This document shows, in pieces, positions 61,920 through 64,000 of a stretch of 64,000 bases of DNA. Each line of letters opens with the position of its first letter. Within the stretch, counting starts at the first letter, position 1. The notes under the pieces are model-generated. The model did no database searches. It was not told where the DNA came from and was given only the letters and a program-made list of their open reading frames with translations. The stretch covers positions 62,001-126,000 of the forward strand of contig JAUCBJ010007214.1 in assembly GCA_032718475.1 (NCBI GenBank), read 5' to 3'. This DNA comes from Nemertoderma westbladi. Lineage: Eukaryota; Animalia; Xenacoelomorpha. The translations under genes were made by a program, and so were the position numbers.

Positions 61920-62818
61920 TTGATAAGTGTGTTTATAACTAACGATTTCGCGATTTCCTGTTACAATGTTGTTCTGAAAATTAAAGTGAATGAAAACATG
62001 ATGAAATATTTATGTACATCTGATGGCCCTTTAGGGGAATATAATAATATTAACCAAGAACATATTATTATTAATTAATCGAACACGGATAGTAAGTTTC
62101 CTAACAATAAATACTGGGCAGCTACTGTGTGGTATTTAGAGACAAAAGCAATAAATTTTACCGAGGTATTTCTCTATACTGACTAAATAGCGAACAAAAG
62201 GGCCTGGACTATTTAAATAGGATAAACAAAATAGTTAATATAATAACATTAATACTCTAAATGTGAAGGATCACATACTATCTGGGAATCACGATGACAA
62301 AAATTAGTTGGTAGGACTACGTTATGGTAGCAGCTACAAATAAATAAACTATATTACACATTTGTAACACAATCACGTAAATGTATTATTAGTATTATTA
62401 TTACGACATTATTATTATAATAAATCAGTTTCTAATTAAATTTTTCTACAAACTGTAACACATATACACAAGGTTTACGTTAATCGGTTGCAGAGTCGTA
62501 TCGCTAGATGGCGTATCGTCTCTACCAATAGCGGGAGCCATGACTACGAAACCCATGTACATAAACGCTTTGATTATGAGAGATCGGTCCAGGCGATTCT
62601 TTTGGAATATAACTATTACACTGGCGGCCTATAGAAAAGAATAATCAAAAAATTATTATACACTTCAAAAAAAACTATTAGAAAAATAGACTGAGACACA
62701 CAATTAAATATGAACATAAAAGTGAAACTTGTGTATACAAGTTGGACGTCCGTTGATTTGGACTACTTATATTTAATTTAAAAAAAAACGTCTGGAAATT
62801 AGACGGACTTTAAACTGA

Positions 62819-64000
62819 TCTGGGTGGCGCTATCACTAGGTCTCTGAGTAGCTCAGTAGCTGGGTGGCGCTATCACTAGGTCTCTGAGTAGCTCAGTAGC
62901 TGGGTGGCGCTATCACTAGGTCTCTGAGTAGCTCAGTATCTTGGTGGCGCTATCACTAGGCCTCTGAGTAGCTCAGTAGCTGGGTGGCGCTATCACTAGG
63001 TCTCTGAGTAGCTCAGTATCTGGGTGGCGCTATCACTAGGTCTCTGAGTAGCTCAGTAGCTGGGTGGCGCTATCACTAGGTCTCTGAGTAGCTCAGTAGC
63101 TGGGTGGCGCTATCACCAGTTCTCTGAGTAGCTCAGTATCTGTGTGGCGCTATCACTAGGTCTCTGAATAGCCCAGTATCTGGGTGGCGCTATCACTAGG
63201 TCTCTGAGTAGCTCAGTAGCTGGGTGGCGCTATCACTAGGTCTCTGAGTAGCTCAGTAGCTGGGTGGCGCTATCACTAGGTCTCTGAGTAGCTCAGTATC
63301 TGTGTGGCGCTATCAGTAGGTCTCTGAGTAGCTCAGTATCTGGGTGGCGCTATCACTAGGTCTCTGAGTAGCTCAGTATCTGTGTGGCGCTATCACTAGG
63401 TCTCTGAATAGCCCAGTATCTGGGTGGCGCTATCACTAGGTCTCTGAGTAGCTCAGTAGCTGGGTGGCGCTATCACTAGGTCTCTGAGTAGCTCAGTAGC
63501 TGGGTGGCGCTATCACTAGGTCTCTGAGTAGCTCAGTATCTGTGTGGCGCTATCAGTAGGTCTCTGAGTAGCTCAGTATCTGGGTGGCGCTATCACTAGG
63601 TCTCTGAGTAGCTCAGTATCTGGGTGGCGCGCTATCACTAGGTCTCTGAGTAGCTCAGTATCTGTGTGGCGCTATCACTAGGTCTCTGAGTAGCTCAGTA
63701 TCTGTGTGGCGCTATCACTAGGTCTCTGAGTAGCTCAGTAGCTGGGTGGCGCTATCACTAGGTCTCTGAGTAGATCAGCATCTAGGTGGCGCTATCACTA
63801 GGTCTCTGAGTAGCTCAGTATCTAGGTGGCGCTATCACTAGGTTTCTGAGTAGCTCAGTATCTGGGTGGCGCTATCACTAGGTCTCTGATAGCTCAGTAT
63901 CTGGGTGGCGCTAACACTAGGTCTCTGAGTAGCTCAGTATCTTGGTGGCGCTATCACTAGGTCTCTGAGTAACTCAGTATCTGGGTGGCGCTATCACAAG
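62819..64000. repeat. 40-bp tandem array, ~29 copies, running off the window end
   Basis: Unit tgggtggcgctatcactaggtctctgagtagctcagta(g/t)c. Confidence 0.97.

Noticed and set aside
62819-64000. CRISPR array
   Set aside because: Head-to-tail repeats with no spacers.

Overview
Repeat-dense, AT-rich eukaryotic DNA, probably from an invertebrate animal; the taxon cannot be determined from the sequence. One host gene is recognisable: a 4-exon SPAG7 (R3H domain) on the minus strand, 47669-49365. The rest is mostly mobile DNA: three RTE-type LINE copies, a CR1/L2-group LINE with a 2A-like peptide, a Penelope-like remnant with a hammerhead ribozyme motif, an Academ transposon, several MITE/Helentron-like elements, a Gypsy integrase relic, an 11.3-kb 45-bp satellite and a 40-bp tandem array. 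The most notable structure is a nested pair of divergent BEL/Pao LTR retrotransposons: an old one at ~18146-23853 (-) and a young one at 23854-35914 (+) with near-identical LTRs. Both carry, in the env position, a homologous extra ORF encoding a DEDDy-type (RNase D/WRN-like) 3'-5' exonuclease fused to three CCHC zinc knuckles. The young element has lost RT, RNase H and most of the integrase but keeps this ORF fully open. All assignments come from reading motifs by eye; no searches were run.
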